Shown piece by piece: positions 10,120 through 20,456 of a DNA stretch of 64,000 nt (positions are counted from its first letter, which is position 1; each line of letters starts with the position of its first letter). Below the pieces are notes generated by a model. That model was not told where the DNA came from. It saw nothing but the letters and a program-made list of their open reading frames with translations, and made no database searches. The position numbers were made by a program, and so were the translations under genes. The stretch spans positions 5,889,697-5,953,696 of the forward strand of contig JBLWFJ010000001.1 in the NCBI GenBank assembly GCA_048320885.1, read 5' to 3'. Origin of the DNA: Nannocystaceae bacterium ST9 (GTDB taxonomy: Bacteria > Myxococcota_A > Polyangia > Nannocystales > Nannocystaceae).

Positions 10120-12057
10120 GTGCCCGCTGGCCCCGACTCGCGGATCGCCGTGCTGCCGGCCGCGCTCGCCGATCAGATCGCCGCCGGCGAGGTCGTCGAG
10201 CGGCCCGCGTCGATCGTCAAGGAGCTGCTCGACAACGCCATCGACGCCGGGGCCACGCGTGTCGAGATCGAGCTCGAGCAAGGCGGGCGCGAGAGCATCC
10301 GGGTGATCGACGACGGCCGCGGCATCCATGCCGACGACCTCGTGCTCGCGCTGACCCGCCATGCGACCTCCAAGCTGCGCGAGCCCGAGCAGCTGATCGA
10401 GATCCACACGCTGGGCTTTCGCGGCGAGGCGCTGGCCAGCGTGGCCGCGGTCGCGCGGGTCGAGATCCGCAGTCGCCCTGCCGGCGCGCCCGCGGGCCGA
10501 CGCGCCCGCGCGCAGCCAGGCGAGCCCGCCAAGCTCGAGCCGATCGGCATGCCCTTCGGCACCCAGGTCGAGGTCTCGCAGCTCTTCGCCAACGTCCCGG
10601 CCCGCCGCAAATTCCTGCGCAGCGAGGCGACCGAGATCGGCCACTGCATCGACGCGGTCGTCCGGGTCGCGCTGGTCCATCCGCAGGTCCACGTGATCGT
10701 CCGCCACGGTCGCCGCGAGCTGCTCGCGCTGCCGGCCGGCGATCAGTCGAGTCGGGTCGCGCAGGTGCTCGCGCGCAGCGGGGCCACCGGTCCGCTGCAC
10801 GAGTTCGCGGGCGAGCGCGAGGGCGTGGCGGTCCACGGTTGGTTCGCGCCGCCCGAGCAGGCCCAGCGCCAGCGCAGCGGCAGCTTCGTGGTCGTGCGGC
10901 GGCGAGTCGTTCGCGAGCGGACGCTGGGCCTGCTGCTCCGCCAGGTCTACGCCGACGCGCTGGCGAGCGAGGTCCACCCGCTGGCGGTGCTGATCGTCGA
11001 GCCACCGCGCGGGACCGTCGACGTCAACGTGCACCCGCAGAAGTCCGAGGTCCGCTTCGCCGACGCGCAGAAGCTGTTCGCGCTCGTGCGCGAGCTGGTC
11101 GGCGAAGGCATGGCCACGGCGCCCTGGCGGTCGGCCGGCGACGCGAACGACGAGGGTGAACCCCATGCCGACGACTGGGCTCGCCCGCGCGACGCCTCGA
11201 CTCGCGCCGCGCTCTCGAGCTGGTCGGGCCGCGCGGCCTACGAGCCCGAGCCGAGTCGCACGACCGGCAGCTTCGCGGGCGAGGGCTCCTCCAGCGCCGG
11301 GAGTCGAACGAGCGTCGGCTATCGCTTGGGCACGCGCGCGCTCGCCAGCGACTACGGGAGCGAGAAGCAGGCGCTGCGCGGCGAGGCCGATCGCCTGCGC
11401 TCGACGCTGATCACTCGTGAACCGGTGGCCTGGCCCGTCGAGGACGATCACGAGCCCGCACTCGAACCCACGCCCGAGCCCGAGCTCGCGGGCCCCGAGT
11501 TGATCGGGCACCTGCCCGGTCCGGTCGCGCTCTTCGAGGATCGCGGCACGCTGCTCGCCGTCGATCTTCGCCGCCTGCGTGCGCACCTGGTTCGTCGACG
11601 CCTGCTGAAGGAGCTGTCGGCGAGCCCGGGTCGATCGATCCCCGCGCAGGGCCTGCTCGAGCCGGTGGTCGTGCGCCGACGGAGCGACGAGATCGAGCTG
11701 CTCTTGCGCTCGCGCGAGCGCCTGCTCGAGCTCGGGGTCGACGTCGACGACTTCGGCGAGGCGGCGCTGGTGGTTCGCGCCGTGCCGGCGGTGCTGCGCA
11801 AGGTCCTCGACGACGCCGACGTCGGCGAGCTGCTCGATCGGCTCTTGCCCTGGGTTCGCATGCGCGAGCACGCCGACACCAACGCGGGCAGCCAGGCGAT
11901 CGTCGACGCGGTCGCGGCGATCGCCGAGACCCGCGGCGTCGATCCGACCCCCCGGCTCGCGCGAGCCTGGCTGGCCGACGCGCTGCGCGAGGGGTCGCTC
12001 GACGATGTCCCGGGCGTGCGGCGCTGGACCCCCGGCGAGTTGTTGAGCAGCGAGTAG
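10120..12057 (+). CDS. mutL: DNA mismatch repair protein MutL
   Basis: IAVLPAALADQIAAGEVVERPASIVKELLDNAIDAGAT (GHKL ATPase N-terminus). GTG at 10120 chosen because the longest ORF would overlap the divergent gene. Confidence 0.9.
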   Translation: MPAGPDSRIAVLPAALADQIAAGEVVERPASIVKELLDNAIDAGATRVEIELEQGGRESIRVIDDGRGIHADDLVLALTRHATSKLREPEQLIEIHTLGFRGEALASVAAVARVEIRSRPAGAPAGRRARAQPGEPAKLEPIGMPFGTQVEVSQLFANVPARRKFLRSEATEIGHCIDAVVRVALVHPQVHVIVRHGRRELLALPAGDQSSRVAQVLARSGATGPLHEFAGEREGVAVHGWFAPPEQAQRQRSGSFVVVRRRVVRERTLGLLLRQVYADALASEVHPLAVLIVEPPRGTVDVNVHPQKSEVRFADAQKLFALVRELVGEGMATAPWRSAGDANDEGEPHADDWARPRDASTRAALSSWSGRAAYEPEPSRTTGSFAGEGSSSAGSRTSVGYRLGTRALASDYGSEKQALRGEADRLRSTLITREPVAWPVEDDHEPALEPTPEPELAGPELIGHLPGPVALFEDRGTLLAVDLRRLRAHLVRRRLLKELSASPGRSIPAQGLLEPVVVRRRSDEIELLLRSRERLLELGVDVDDFGEAALVVRAVPAVLRKVLDDADVGELLDRLLPWVRMREHADTNAGSQAIVDAVAAIAETRGVDPTPRLARAWLADALREGSLDDVPGVRRWTPGELLSSE

Positions 12058-12342
12058 TCAGCCGAAGAGCGCGTCGGCGCTGGTGACCTCGAGCGCGCGA
12101 TCGATCCACGCGTCGAGCTCGGCTTCGTCGGTGCATTGCTCGAGCAGCGTGAGCTGATCGTCGGTGAGCACGAGGCCTCGCTTGCGGGCGATCATCAGCA
12201 GCGACTCGCGCTTGCCTTGCAGGTGACCGCGGGTCTCACCCTCGGCGAGACCGTTCACGAACCACGCGCCTTCGCGCTCGTACTGCGTCAGCTCCCACTT
12301 CACGTCTTCGGCGAGTTTCGGTTGGATGGCGTGGGAGGGCAC
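12058..12342 (-). CDS. Small DUF4351-like (Rpn/YhgA C-terminal domain-like) protein
   Basis: 94 aa, ...GETRGHLQGKRESLLMIARKRGLVLTDDQLTLLEQCTDEAELDAWIDRAL. Pattern resembles the C-terminal module of Rpn-family proteins; a nuclease domain is absent. Confidence 0.45.
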   Translation of the reverse strand: MPSHAIQPKLAEDVKWELTQYEREGAWFVNGLAEGETRGHLQGKRESLLMIARKRGLVLTDDQLTLLEQCTDEAELDAWIDRALEVTSADALFG

Positions 12343-12433
12343 CCACAGATCTTCGCGGGCGAGATCGCCGAGAACCAGTGAACATCTGCGGGGCAGGAGC
12401 CGACAAATCTTCTGGGTGCGCGCGAGGATCGGG

Positions 12434-14257
12434 TCATTCCCGATCGTCGGACGCCGCCTCGCCCTTGTCGATGCGCACGCCGAATTGCAGATCGACCCGC
12501 TCGCGCACGACGTCGGTCATCTCCTCTTCGAGCCGCTCGGGATCCTCGAAGAGCGACCAGGCCGACTCCTGTTCGCCGGCTTGCAGCTCGGGCTCGGCGT
12601 AGGCCAGGCGCTCGACCCAGACGATGCGATCGGCGGGCCGCGGATGGCTGTCGTAGGGCGAGGGCTCGGCGTCGAGCACCTCGCGGAGCTTGGCCTCGAT
12701 GCCCTCGCTCTCGATCGGCTTGCTCGGCTGGTAGCGATAGAGGTTGGCCAGCGGCGCCTTGCGATCGACGACCTCTTGCAGGGTCGCGTCGATGTGGGCG
12801 TCGAAGCGGAGATCCTGCTCGATGACCTTGCGCATGCCTCGGACGAACGCGGCCGAGCCGAAGGTCTGCGCCGCCCAGCGATCGGCGAGCACCTCCTGCT
12901 GCCGGCTCGCGCCCTGCGAGATTCGCAAGAAGAGCTTGTGATAGCCGAGCAGAAACAGCCAGGCGGGGTTGTACCAGCCGGCCGCGCCGGCCTCGGCGAG
13001 GTGATTGGCCATCCTCGTCAGCGATCGACGAGTCGCGAGCGCGAAGGCACCTCCCGAGGTGTCGGCGTTCTTGAAGTGCCCGTACTCGTGGGCCAGCACC
13101 GACGAGAGCTCGCGGACGTCGAGCGCCCCGAGCACGCCGGCGCCGAGGATCATGCAGCGGCGAGACTTGCCGCGCAGCTGATCGACGATCGTGGCGCGCT
13201 CGTAGACCGCGACCTCGGTTCCGGGCGTCATGTAGATCTCGTCGACCGGCCGCGTGGTGAGCCGGCCGGCGATCCGCTCGAGCAGCGAGCGCAGGCGCGG
13301 GTGTTCGCCGACCTCGATTGTCATGCCCGGATCGCTGTCTTGCACGCGCACGAAGATGCTGCGCACGACCGCGGCCATGCTGACGAGCGCCACGATCGCG
13401 ACGACGCCGGTGATCTTGATGAAGATCACGCCGGCCATCAGCTGGGCGAGCACGATCAAGCCGAACGCCATGACGATCACGAGCAGCACGACCGGCAGCG
13501 AGGCGTAGTAGAACGCGCTGCAGACCACGAGGATCGAGCGATAGATCTTGCGCAGGCGTCGTTCGGCCGGCGTGCCCTCGCCGGTCGCCGTCGCGGCGAA
13601 GGTCTCGGCGTGGCGCAGCGTGGTCTGGCTCAGCAGCCCGCCGCCGACGATCAGCCCGAGCAAGACCGCCATCCAGATCACCAGGAAGGCCCCGAGCAGC
13701 GGCAAGCCGAACGCCAGCGCGCGCACGTACCAAGGCACGTACTGCTCGATCACCCGCTCGAGCTCGGCGAGCACGTCGGCGGGCGGATCGAGCGAGCGCA
13801 CGTCGCGAGAGTGGCGATAGGCCGCCCAGCCGTCGCCGTTCATCAGCGAGGCGAGGCTGGCGAAGTAGTGGCCGCGGTAGTCGTCCTCGTCGAGCGCGAG
13901 CATGCGGTCGCTGGCTCGCTCGACCCGGCGAGCGTCCTCGAGCTCCAGTCCGACCTGGGCCGCGCGCAGCTGGACGCCCAAGTCGTCGGGCGCCTCGGCG
14001 ATTGCCTGATCGACCAGCTCGCTCGCGCGAGCGCGGTTGTTGGCGGTCTCGAGCAGCGCGAGGGCGAAGGTCGCACGCAGGTAGGCGTCGTCGGGCTGCT
14101 CGCGGAGCGCGGCTTCGCAGGCCGCGATGGCGCCGTCGCCCTTCGCGATCGCGTCTTCGCAGGCGATCGTCGACGGCGAGGGCGGCCCGGCCCACGCGGG
14201 CCCGGCGAAGAGCAGGACGATCAGCGCGAACCAAGCGACGACGACTCTCTCGACCAT
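12434..14257 (-). CDS. M48 family zinc metallopeptidase (HtpX-like), membrane
   Basis: HEYGH (HExxH) motif and multiple TM helices. Start MVERVVVAWFALIV at complement of 14255..14257. The upstream ORF extension is R-rich junk. Confidence 0.75.
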   Translation of the reverse strand: MVERVVVAWFALIVLLFAGPAWAGPPSPSTIACEDAIAKGDGAIAACEAALREQPDDAYLRATFALALLETANNRARASELVDQAIAEAPDDLGVQLRAAQVGLELEDARRVERASDRMLALDEDDYRGHYFASLASLMNGDGWAAYRHSRDVRSLDPPADVLAELERVIEQYVPWYVRALAFGLPLLGAFLVIWMAVLLGLIVGGGLLSQTTLRHAETFAATATGEGTPAERRLRKIYRSILVVCSAFYYASLPVVLLVIVMAFGLIVLAQLMAGVIFIKITGVVAIVALVSMAAVVRSIFVRVQDSDPGMTIEVGEHPRLRSLLERIAGRLTTRPVDEIYMTPGTEVAVYERATIVDQLRGKSRRCMILGAGVLGALDVRELSSVLAHEYGHFKNADTSGGAFALATRRSLTRMANHLAEAGAAGWYNPAWLFLLGYHKLFLRISQGASRQQEVLADRWAAQTFGSAAFVRGMRKVIEQDLRFDAHIDATLQEVVDRKAPLANLYRYQPSKPIESEGIEAKLREVLDAEPSPYDSHPRPADRIVWVERLAYAEPELQAGEQESAWSLFEDPERLEEEMTDVVRERVDLQFGVRIDKGEAASDDRE

Positions 14258-14355
14258 GCTTCGAGGGTCGCGCGCGGCTCGACGGATCGCAACGCGAATC
14301 ACCGCTCGGAGCCCGCGTAGGCCCGAAATGGGCCTTGCCGTTATACTCTGCCGCG

Positions 14356-15342
14356 ATGAGCCTCGCGACCTCGCGACCGCGCGCCGTGGCGATCGTCGGA
14401 CCGACCGCGGCCGGCAAGTCGACGCTGGCGCTCTCGCTCGCACGCACGCTCGCGCGACCGATCCTCTGCTGCGACTCGGTCCAGATCTATCGCGGTCTCG
14501 ACGTCGGCTCGGCCAAGCCTTCGCTCGCCGATCGATCGTCGGTGCCCCACTTCGGCCTCGACCTCGTCGATCCCGATCAGGAATTCTCGGCCGGTCAGTT
14601 CGGGCACTACGCTCGCACGCAGCTCGATCGCGAAGGTCCGATGATCCTCTGTGGTGGGACGGGCTTGTACCTGCGCGCGCTGGGCTGGTCGCACTCGGGC
14701 GACGACGACCCATCGCGCGAGCGGCCGCGCAAGGACGATCACGGTGTCGAGCGCGAGCAATTCGAAGCGATCTGGATCGAACGCGAAGCCGCCGACGCAG
14801 GGGCCGTGCACCGCGCCTTGCTCGCGATCGATCCCGTCACCGCGGGCCAGATCCACCCGAGAAACGTGGTTCGAGCGGTGCGGGCCCTCTGGCTCTGCGA
14901 GCGAGAGGGCGAGCCGATCAGCGAGCTTCGCAGGCGTGAACCACCGCGCACGCTGGTCGACCTGATGCTCGTGGTGATCGATCCCGGCGTCGAGTCGGTC
15001 GATCGCGCGATCGCTGCTCGCTGTCGGACCATGCTCGATGCCGGGTGGATCCCCGAGGTGGAGAACCTCCGCGCGGCCGGTTATGATGCGCGCCACAAGT
15101 CGATGCGGAGCCTCGGTTATCGGGAGATCCTCGAACACCTCGCGGGCGCGAGGTCGCTGGACGAGACGCGCGAGGCGATCATCTACGCCACGCGCCAGTA
15201 CGCCCGGCGGCAACGCACCTACTTCCGCCACCAATTTCGCAACCTGCTGCCGATGGAGCAGATCGTGCACATTCCAGCCGCTTCCCTCGAGTCGACCCGC
15301 TCGTCGACGATCGCCGCGTTCCTCGATCGGAGGCCCGCGTGA
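14356..15342 (+). CDS. miaA: tRNA dimethylallyltransferase
   Basis: AVAIVGPTAAGKS P-loop, ...LYLRAL..., IYATRQYARRQRTYF C-terminus. Real ATG at 14356 inside the longer ORF. Confidence 0.85.
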   Translation: MSLATSRPRAVAIVGPTAAGKSTLALSLARTLARPILCCDSVQIYRGLDVGSAKPSLADRSSVPHFGLDLVDPDQEFSAGQFGHYARTQLDREGPMILCGGTGLYLRALGWSHSGDDDPSRERPRKDDHGVEREQFEAIWIEREAADAGAVHRALLAIDPVTAGQIHPRNVVRAVRALWLCEREGEPISELRRREPPRTLVDLMLVVIDPGVESVDRAIAARCRTMLDAGWIPEVENLRAAGYDARHKSMRSLGYREILEHLAGARSLDETREAIIYATRQYARRQRTYFRHQFRNLLPMEQIVHIPAASLESTRSSTIAAFLDRRPA

Positions 15343-16298
15343 GCACGCGAGTGCTGGACTTCGAGCGGCCGATCGTCGAGCTCGAAGGCAAGATCCGCGA
15401 GCTCAAGCAGCTGCTGGCCGGTGGCAACGCCGACATCGCGCGCGAGCTCGAGCTGCTCGAGCAGAAGGCCTCGGAGCTGCAGCGCGAGCGCTACGCCAAG
15501 CTCACGCCCTGGGAGCAGCTTCAGCTCGCCAAGCACCCCGACCGGCCCTACGCGCTCGACTACATCGGCGAGATCACCACCGAGTTCGTCGAGCTCAAGG
15601 GCGACCGAGCCTTCGCCGACGACCCGGCGATCGTCGCGGGCCTGTGTCGACTCGAAGGCCGACGGATCATGATCCTCGGCCATCAGAAGGGCCGAAACAC
15701 CAAGGAGAACGTCTACCGAAACTTCGGCATGGCGCGACCCGAGGGTTATCGCAAGGCCCAGCGCCTGATGAAGATGGCCGCGCAGTTCAACCTGCCGATC
15801 GTCTGCCTGATCGACACGGCCGGCGCCTACCCGGGCATCAACGCCGAGGAGCGCGGCCAGGCCGAGGCGATCGCCAGCAGCCTCGAGCTGATGACGGTGC
15901 TGAAGGTCCCGAGCATCTCGGTGGTGATCGGCGAGGGTGGCTCGGGCGGAGCGCTCGCGCTCGGCGTGACCGATCGAATCTTGATGCTCGAGCACTCGGT
16001 CTACTCGGTGATCTCGCCGCGCGGCTGCGCGTCGATCCTGTGGAAGAACCCCGAGGCCGAGCAGGACGCGGCCGTCCAGCTGCGGATGACCGCCGAGGAT
16101 CTGCTCGACCTCGGCATCTGCGACGCGATCGTCCGCGAGCCGATGGGCGGCGCCCACCGAGGCCTGACCGTGACCGCGGCCGCGCTCAAGCAGGCGCTGG
16201 TCGACAACCTCGACGTGCTGTGTGCCCTGTCGACCGAGCAGCTGCTAGCCCAGCGCTACGCCAAGTACCGCCAGATGGGGCACTTGGAGCAGATCTGA
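15339..16298 (+). CDS. accA: Acetyl-CoA carboxylase carboxyltransferase subunit alpha
   Basis: Near full-length AccA signature (...LDYI...ELKGDRAFADDPAIVAGL...GINAEERGQAEAIA...). GTG overlaps the miaA stop (GTGA). Confidence 0.9.
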   Translation: MSTRVLDFERPIVELEGKIRELKQLLAGGNADIARELELLEQKASELQRERYAKLTPWEQLQLAKHPDRPYALDYIGEITTEFVELKGDRAFADDPAIVAGLCRLEGRRIMILGHQKGRNTKENVYRNFGMARPEGYRKAQRLMKMAAQFNLPIVCLIDTAGAYPGINAEERGQAEAIASSLELMTVLKVPSISVVIGEGGSGGALALGVTDRILMLEHSVYSVISPRGCASILWKNPEAEQDAAVQLRMTAEDLLDLGICDAIVREPMGGAHRGLTVTAAALKQALVDNLDVLCALSTEQLLAQRYAKYRQMGHLEQI

Positions 16299-16307
16299 AT
16301 TTGGCTC

Positions 16308-16331
16308 CCGTGTCGGCGGAGCCGACACGGG
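16308..16331. terminator. Bidirectional hairpin between convergent accA and lipoprotein gene
   Basis: Perfect 10-bp inverted repeat CCGTGTCGGC / GCCGACACGG with a 2-nt spacer, in the 46-bp gap between two convergent stops. Confidence 0.5.
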
Positions 16332-16344
16332 ACCTCCACGCCCT

Positions 16345-17994
16345 CTACTGACCCATCTTGAGGATCAGCGAGGTCGCCAGCGTCGGGCCGTTGCCCTCGC
16401 CGTAGCTGACCGCGAGCTCGTAGCGCGAGTTCGGATCGGGCGCCTCGACGACGACCAGCGGATTGGCGTCGGCCTCGGTGTCGGACACGGCCGCGCCGGT
16501 GTTCACGTCGGTGACCTGCATGTCGATGTTCATGGTCGGATCATGAGCGACCGCCATGAACACGCTGACTTCGTCGATCTGCAGCTGGGTCTGCCGGATG
16601 GTCTCGCCCGGATAGAGGATCGTCGAGTTCAACGCCCACTGGTTCTCGTGGATGACCAGGCCGTTGCCGAGCCCGGCCTCGGTCACCGCCACCGAGGTCT
16701 TGGCCCCGTTGTCGAGCATGGTCTGGAAGGCCGGCTGGAGGATGTCGGGGCGGATCTGGATGCCGCCCTCGCGCATCACCACCATCGCGCCGAACTCTTC
16801 TTGGCCGGCGGCCATGCTCAAGGTGATCGAGTGCGCGCCGGTCTCGGTCGGCGTGAACAAGACGGTCGGGTTCTCGTCGGCCTCGCGATCGGCGACGACC
16901 TCGTCGCCGTTCGGACCGAGCACGGTGATGTCGAGGTCGGCGACGTCGGTGGCCCCGGTCGCGAACACCACGTAGTTCTTGCCGGCCTCGAACACGCGGT
17001 TGAGCACCTGCGGACGGGTCGGCGTCAGGTAGCCGGCCGCGACCGTGGCGGCTTGATCGTCGTAGCCGAACTCGGTGGTCTCGTCGATCCGCGAGGCGAC
17101 GACCAGAACCTGTTGGAGCGCGAGCGCCAGCCACGAGCCCGGGCCCCAGACCTCGGGGTCGACGCTGAGCGCGAGGCTGGTCACCGGCGGGGTCTCGGAC
17201 TCGTACTGCGCCTGCTCTTCGGTCGGCGCCTCGCGGTTGCCGACGTCCGCGGCGACCACGACGGTGCCGCCCTCCCAGTCGCGCCGCGCGAGCGGGACCA
17301 TCATGACTTGCAGCGGCGTGAAGCAGTCGGCGAACGCCAGCCCGTCGTCCATGCAGGCCTGCAGATCGCCGACCGAGGTGGTCTTGCCGGTCTCGCGTCC
17401 GCCCGACACGCCCACGCCCGCGCCCGTGCCCGCGACCTCGCCCGAGACACCACCTTCGACGCCCTTGCTCTCGCCGTAGCTGAATGCGCCGACGCTGAGC
17501 GTGACCACATAGTGGGTCGCGCGTGCGCAGTCGGGGTCGTCGGCGGGGATCTTGAATTGCCCGACCAGCTCGTAGGAGCCGATCGTCACGTAGTTGAACT
17601 CGAGCCCCGAGCCGCCGCGCACGAAGCCCTCGAAGCGGGCGAAGTTGACGGGCACCCGAGCCTTGAGCTCGGCGAAGTTGCGCACGAAGATGCTCTCGAT
17701 CCGCCGCCCGTTGGCCTTGCGATACACGTAGTCGGCCGAGACCGGGCAGTTGACCCATTCGATGTTCTCGGGCGCGTTCGGATCGTAGCGAACCAAGAAC
17801 AGGTTGCGGTGCAGCTCGACGGTGTTGTGGATGTGGTGGAGCTGGCTCTCTTCGAAGCCGAACAGGTTGATGGTCGGGTGGTTGTCCTGCGCGGGTGTCA
17901 TCACCTTGCGCTTGTCTTTGTCGCAGCCCGACGACAGCAAGCTGCAAGCGAGAGGGAGGGACCAAAACAGCGGGCGAAGTCGGGGGTGAACCAT
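16345..17994 (-). CDS. Hypothetical lipoprotein
   Basis: Lipobox LACSLLSSGCD. 549 aa with balanced composition. No recognised domain. Confidence 0.55.
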   Translation of the reverse strand: MVHPRLRPLFWSLPLACSLLSSGCDKDKRKVMTPAQDNHPTINLFGFEESQLHHIHNTVELHRNLFLVRYDPNAPENIEWVNCPVSADYVYRKANGRRIESIFVRNFAELKARVPVNFARFEGFVRGGSGLEFNYVTIGSYELVGQFKIPADDPDCARATHYVVTLSVGAFSYGESKGVEGGVSGEVAGTGAGVGVSGGRETGKTTSVGDLQACMDDGLAFADCFTPLQVMMVPLARRDWEGGTVVVAADVGNREAPTEEQAQYESETPPVTSLALSVDPEVWGPGSWLALALQQVLVVASRIDETTEFGYDDQAATVAAGYLTPTRPQVLNRVFEAGKNYVVFATGATDVADLDITVLGPNGDEVVADREADENPTVLFTPTETGAHSITLSMAAGQEEFGAMVVMREGGIQIRPDILQPAFQTMLDNGAKTSVAVTEAGLGNGLVIHENQWALNSTILYPGETIRQTQLQIDEVSVFMAVAHDPTMNIDMQVTDVNTGAAVSDTEADANPLVVVEAPDPNSRYELAVSYGEGNGPTLATSLILKMGQ

Positions 17995-18101
17995 GAGACC
18001 TCGCCATCGTATCGCGAGCGCGAGCCCGAGGATTGCCGGTGTGGGCGCGCGGGATCACGCGATGGGCCCGGCTCCGAACATGGGGTAGGCTGCCCCGGCA
18101 C

Positions 18102-20393
18102 GTGCATCCCGAGCTCTTCGATCATCTGCTCTTGCTCGCCGCGGTTCTCTGCGCGGTGACCCTCGTTCGCCTGGTTCGACGCAGCGAGGGGGCCGAGCGT
18201 GGCTATTCGCTCTTGGTCGGCGCGCTGCTGGTCGGTTCCGTGCTCGCGCTCGGTCAGAGCGCGTTCCTGGGCGTGGTCACGCTCGCGGTGATCGGCCTGA
18301 CCGTGATCCTCCCCTGGCTGCTCGAGCACGCCTCGCGGTGGGCGTTTGCGCGCGGACGATTGAGCCTGACCGCGCGCCTCGGCATCGCTCGCGCGACCTT
18401 GATGCCTGGCGCCGGGCTCGATCGTCAGGTGCCGATCCTCGAGGGCATCGGATTGGTCGAGCGACGCGGGGTCGATGCCGCGCTCGCTCATTTTCGTCGA
18501 CTCGCCGATCAAGCCGACGATCCGGTCGAGCTGGCGATGATCCACGAGCAGATCGTCGCGATGCTCTTTCATGGTCAGCGCTGGGACGAGGGCATCGCCC
18601 ACTACGAGCGCCGCTTTCATCCCGGCTACGCGGCGCTGCGCCCGAGCCTGGCGCTCGGCCTGCTGCGGGCCTACGGCGAGTCGGGCCGACTCGACACCGC
18701 GGCCGGCCTGCTGCGCGCGCTCGAGGATGGTCCGATCGGGACCGACCCCAACACCCGCGAGCTGATCGGTCAGGCTCGACTGACCTTCTTGGCCTACGCC
18801 GGTGCGATCGGCCCGGTCGACGAGTTGGTCGCGCGTCGGCGCTTCGGCGAGCTCGGGCTCTCGCCGGCGACCGCCGAGCTGTTCAAGGGCATCGCTCAGG
18901 CGCGCGCCGGAGCGCCGCGCGAGGCGGCCGAGACCCTGCGCAAGGTCGAACTGCTGGCCGGGCCTCGCGATCACCGAGTGTTGCAGGCGGCCCGCGACGC
19001 GCTGGCCGACGTCGGTCAACCGCCGGACGAGCCGAGCGAGCCGGCGAGCGCGTCGATCGAGCTCGCACCCGAGCTGCGCAGCTACGTCGAGCTGGTCGGC
19101 GCTCGCCTGCGCGAGTTCATCGCGGCGCCGCCGAGCCTGCGCCGGCACGAGCGAACCTGGGTGACCCACGCTCTGATCGCGATCGGCTCGCTGGTCTACG
19201 CCATCCACCTGCTGCTCGGCGGCGGCAGCATCGGCCTGCTCGAGCTCGGCGCGCTGGTCGAAGACCTCTGGGCCGCCGGCTCGTGGGGCCGCGTGTTCAC
19301 GTCCGCGTGGATCCACGTCGACCTGGTCGGCCTGCTCTTCGACATCTACGCGCTGTGGCTGGCTGGCCAGTTGGTCGAGCGCCTGCTCGGCCCGACGCGC
19401 ATGGGCCTGGTCACGGTCGGGGCCGCGATCGCGGGCATGGCCGCGTCGGTGCTGGCCCTGCCATGGCTGTGGGAGCTCGGGCTCGCGCCGCTGGCCCGGG
19501 TCGGGGCGACCGGCGGCAACCTGATGGCGATCGGCGCGAGCACGGCCGCGCTCTGGCTGCTCTTGCCCAGTCGCACGCCGATGATCGGCGGTCGAGCGCG
19601 CCGCAACCTGGTCGTGACGCTGGCCCTGCTGCTGGCCGCCAACCTGATCATGAACTGGCCGGGCGCGCTCGGCTTCGGCATGTCCCCGGTCGCGCTGCTG
19701 ACCACGGTCGCGGTCGCCAGCCTGATCGCCCTGCTGCCGCTGCGGCCCTCGGGTTCGCTCGCGCGGCTCGGCGGGCTCGCGGGCAAGACCATCCTGGCCG
19801 GGCTCGGGCTGGCGACGATCGTCGCGAGCGTGGTCGTGCTGACCGAGGACCCCGAGCGCGAGCTGGCCGATCGGCGGCGCTGGGCCTGCGAGGTCGCCGG
19901 GGTCGAGCTGCACACGCCGACCTGGTTCGTCGAGCAGTCGCTCGATCGTGACGCGCCCTTCGAGCTGCCGATCGTCGATGGCCTGGTCGACTCGCTCGAG
20001 CTGCGCGACGGCTCGCTGGTCCAGCTCGCGGTCGTGCGTGGCGAGTCGAGCGAGTCGAGCGAGGTGTCCGGCGAGCCGCGACCCAAGCTCGACGCGCTCG
20101 CCGATTCGCTCGGCGTGAGCGTGGCCGCGAGCCTGCCCGAGCGCTTCGCGGCCGCCCTGGCCGACGACGGCCGGCACTGGCGGGCCTTCGATCTGTGGCG
20201 CAACGGCGAGCGCGTGGCCCGGGTGATCGAGCGCGATCTGCCGGTCGGGCCGAGCGAGGCACCCGCCACCGTCGTGTTGCTGACCACGCCCGCGACGGCG
20301 ATCGACCACGCCCCGGAGCTGTGGCAGGCGATCCTCGCCGACGCCAAAGTGGTCGGAGAAGCCTCCGAACGGACGATCTGCCGGGCCGACTGA
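18102..20393 (+). CDS. Rhomboid-family intramembrane serine protease with N-terminal TPR-like region and C-terminal extension
   Basis: Core matches rhomboid (GRVFTSAWIHVDLVGLLFDIYALW; GASTAALWLL) with about 6 TM helices. GTG at 18102 is in frame; TTG at 18033 is an alternative. Confidence 0.6.
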   Translation: MHPELFDHLLLLAAVLCAVTLVRLVRRSEGAERGYSLLVGALLVGSVLALGQSAFLGVVTLAVIGLTVILPWLLEHASRWAFARGRLSLTARLGIARATLMPGAGLDRQVPILEGIGLVERRGVDAALAHFRRLADQADDPVELAMIHEQIVAMLFHGQRWDEGIAHYERRFHPGYAALRPSLALGLLRAYGESGRLDTAAGLLRALEDGPIGTDPNTRELIGQARLTFLAYAGAIGPVDELVARRRFGELGLSPATAELFKGIAQARAGAPREAAETLRKVELLAGPRDHRVLQAARDALADVGQPPDEPSEPASASIELAPELRSYVELVGARLREFIAAPPSLRRHERTWVTHALIAIGSLVYAIHLLLGGGSIGLLELGALVEDLWAAGSWGRVFTSAWIHVDLVGLLFDIYALWLAGQLVERLLGPTRMGLVTVGAAIAGMAASVLALPWLWELGLAPLARVGATGGNLMAIGASTAALWLLLPSRTPMIGGRARRNLVVTLALLLAANLIMNWPGALGFGMSPVALLTTVAVASLIALLPLRPSGSLARLGGLAGKTILAGLGLATIVASVVVLTEDPERELADRRRWACEVAGVELHTPTWFVEQSLDRDAPFELPIVDGLVDSLELRDGSLVQLAVVRGESSESSEVSGEPRPKLDALADSLGVSVAASLPERFAAALADDGRHWRAFDLWRNGERVARVIERDLPVGPSEAPATVVLLTTPATAIDHAPELWQAILADAKVVGEASERTICRAD

Positions 20394-20456
20394 GCACTTC
20401 GCCTATACTTCCACGCAGGGTCCGCCTTGCAGCGCCGCGAACCAATCCCGCCGCAC

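Noticed and set aside
9232-11871. 879-aa minus-strand ORF
   Set aside because: Only the 3' 822 nt (9232..10053) is protein-like. The remainder is antisense to mutL, which has unambiguous GHKL motifs.
12326-14320. 664-aa plus-strand ORF
   Set aside because: Antisense to the M48 peptidase (HEYGH). Low-complexity D/R/G-rich translation.
18033-18101. TTG start at 18033 for the rhomboid gene and TTG 20427 for TonB-like gene
   Set aside because: Extensions add R-rich residues and approach or overlap divergent neighbours. In-frame GTG 18102 and ATG 20457 give sensible N-termini. The longer forms cannot be excluded.
16541-20309. Long ORFs 16541..18058(-), 16543..18159(+), 17901..20309(-), 18338..19951(+)
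   Set aside because: Out-of-frame or antisense to the lipoprotein and rhomboid genes. R/G/D-rich.
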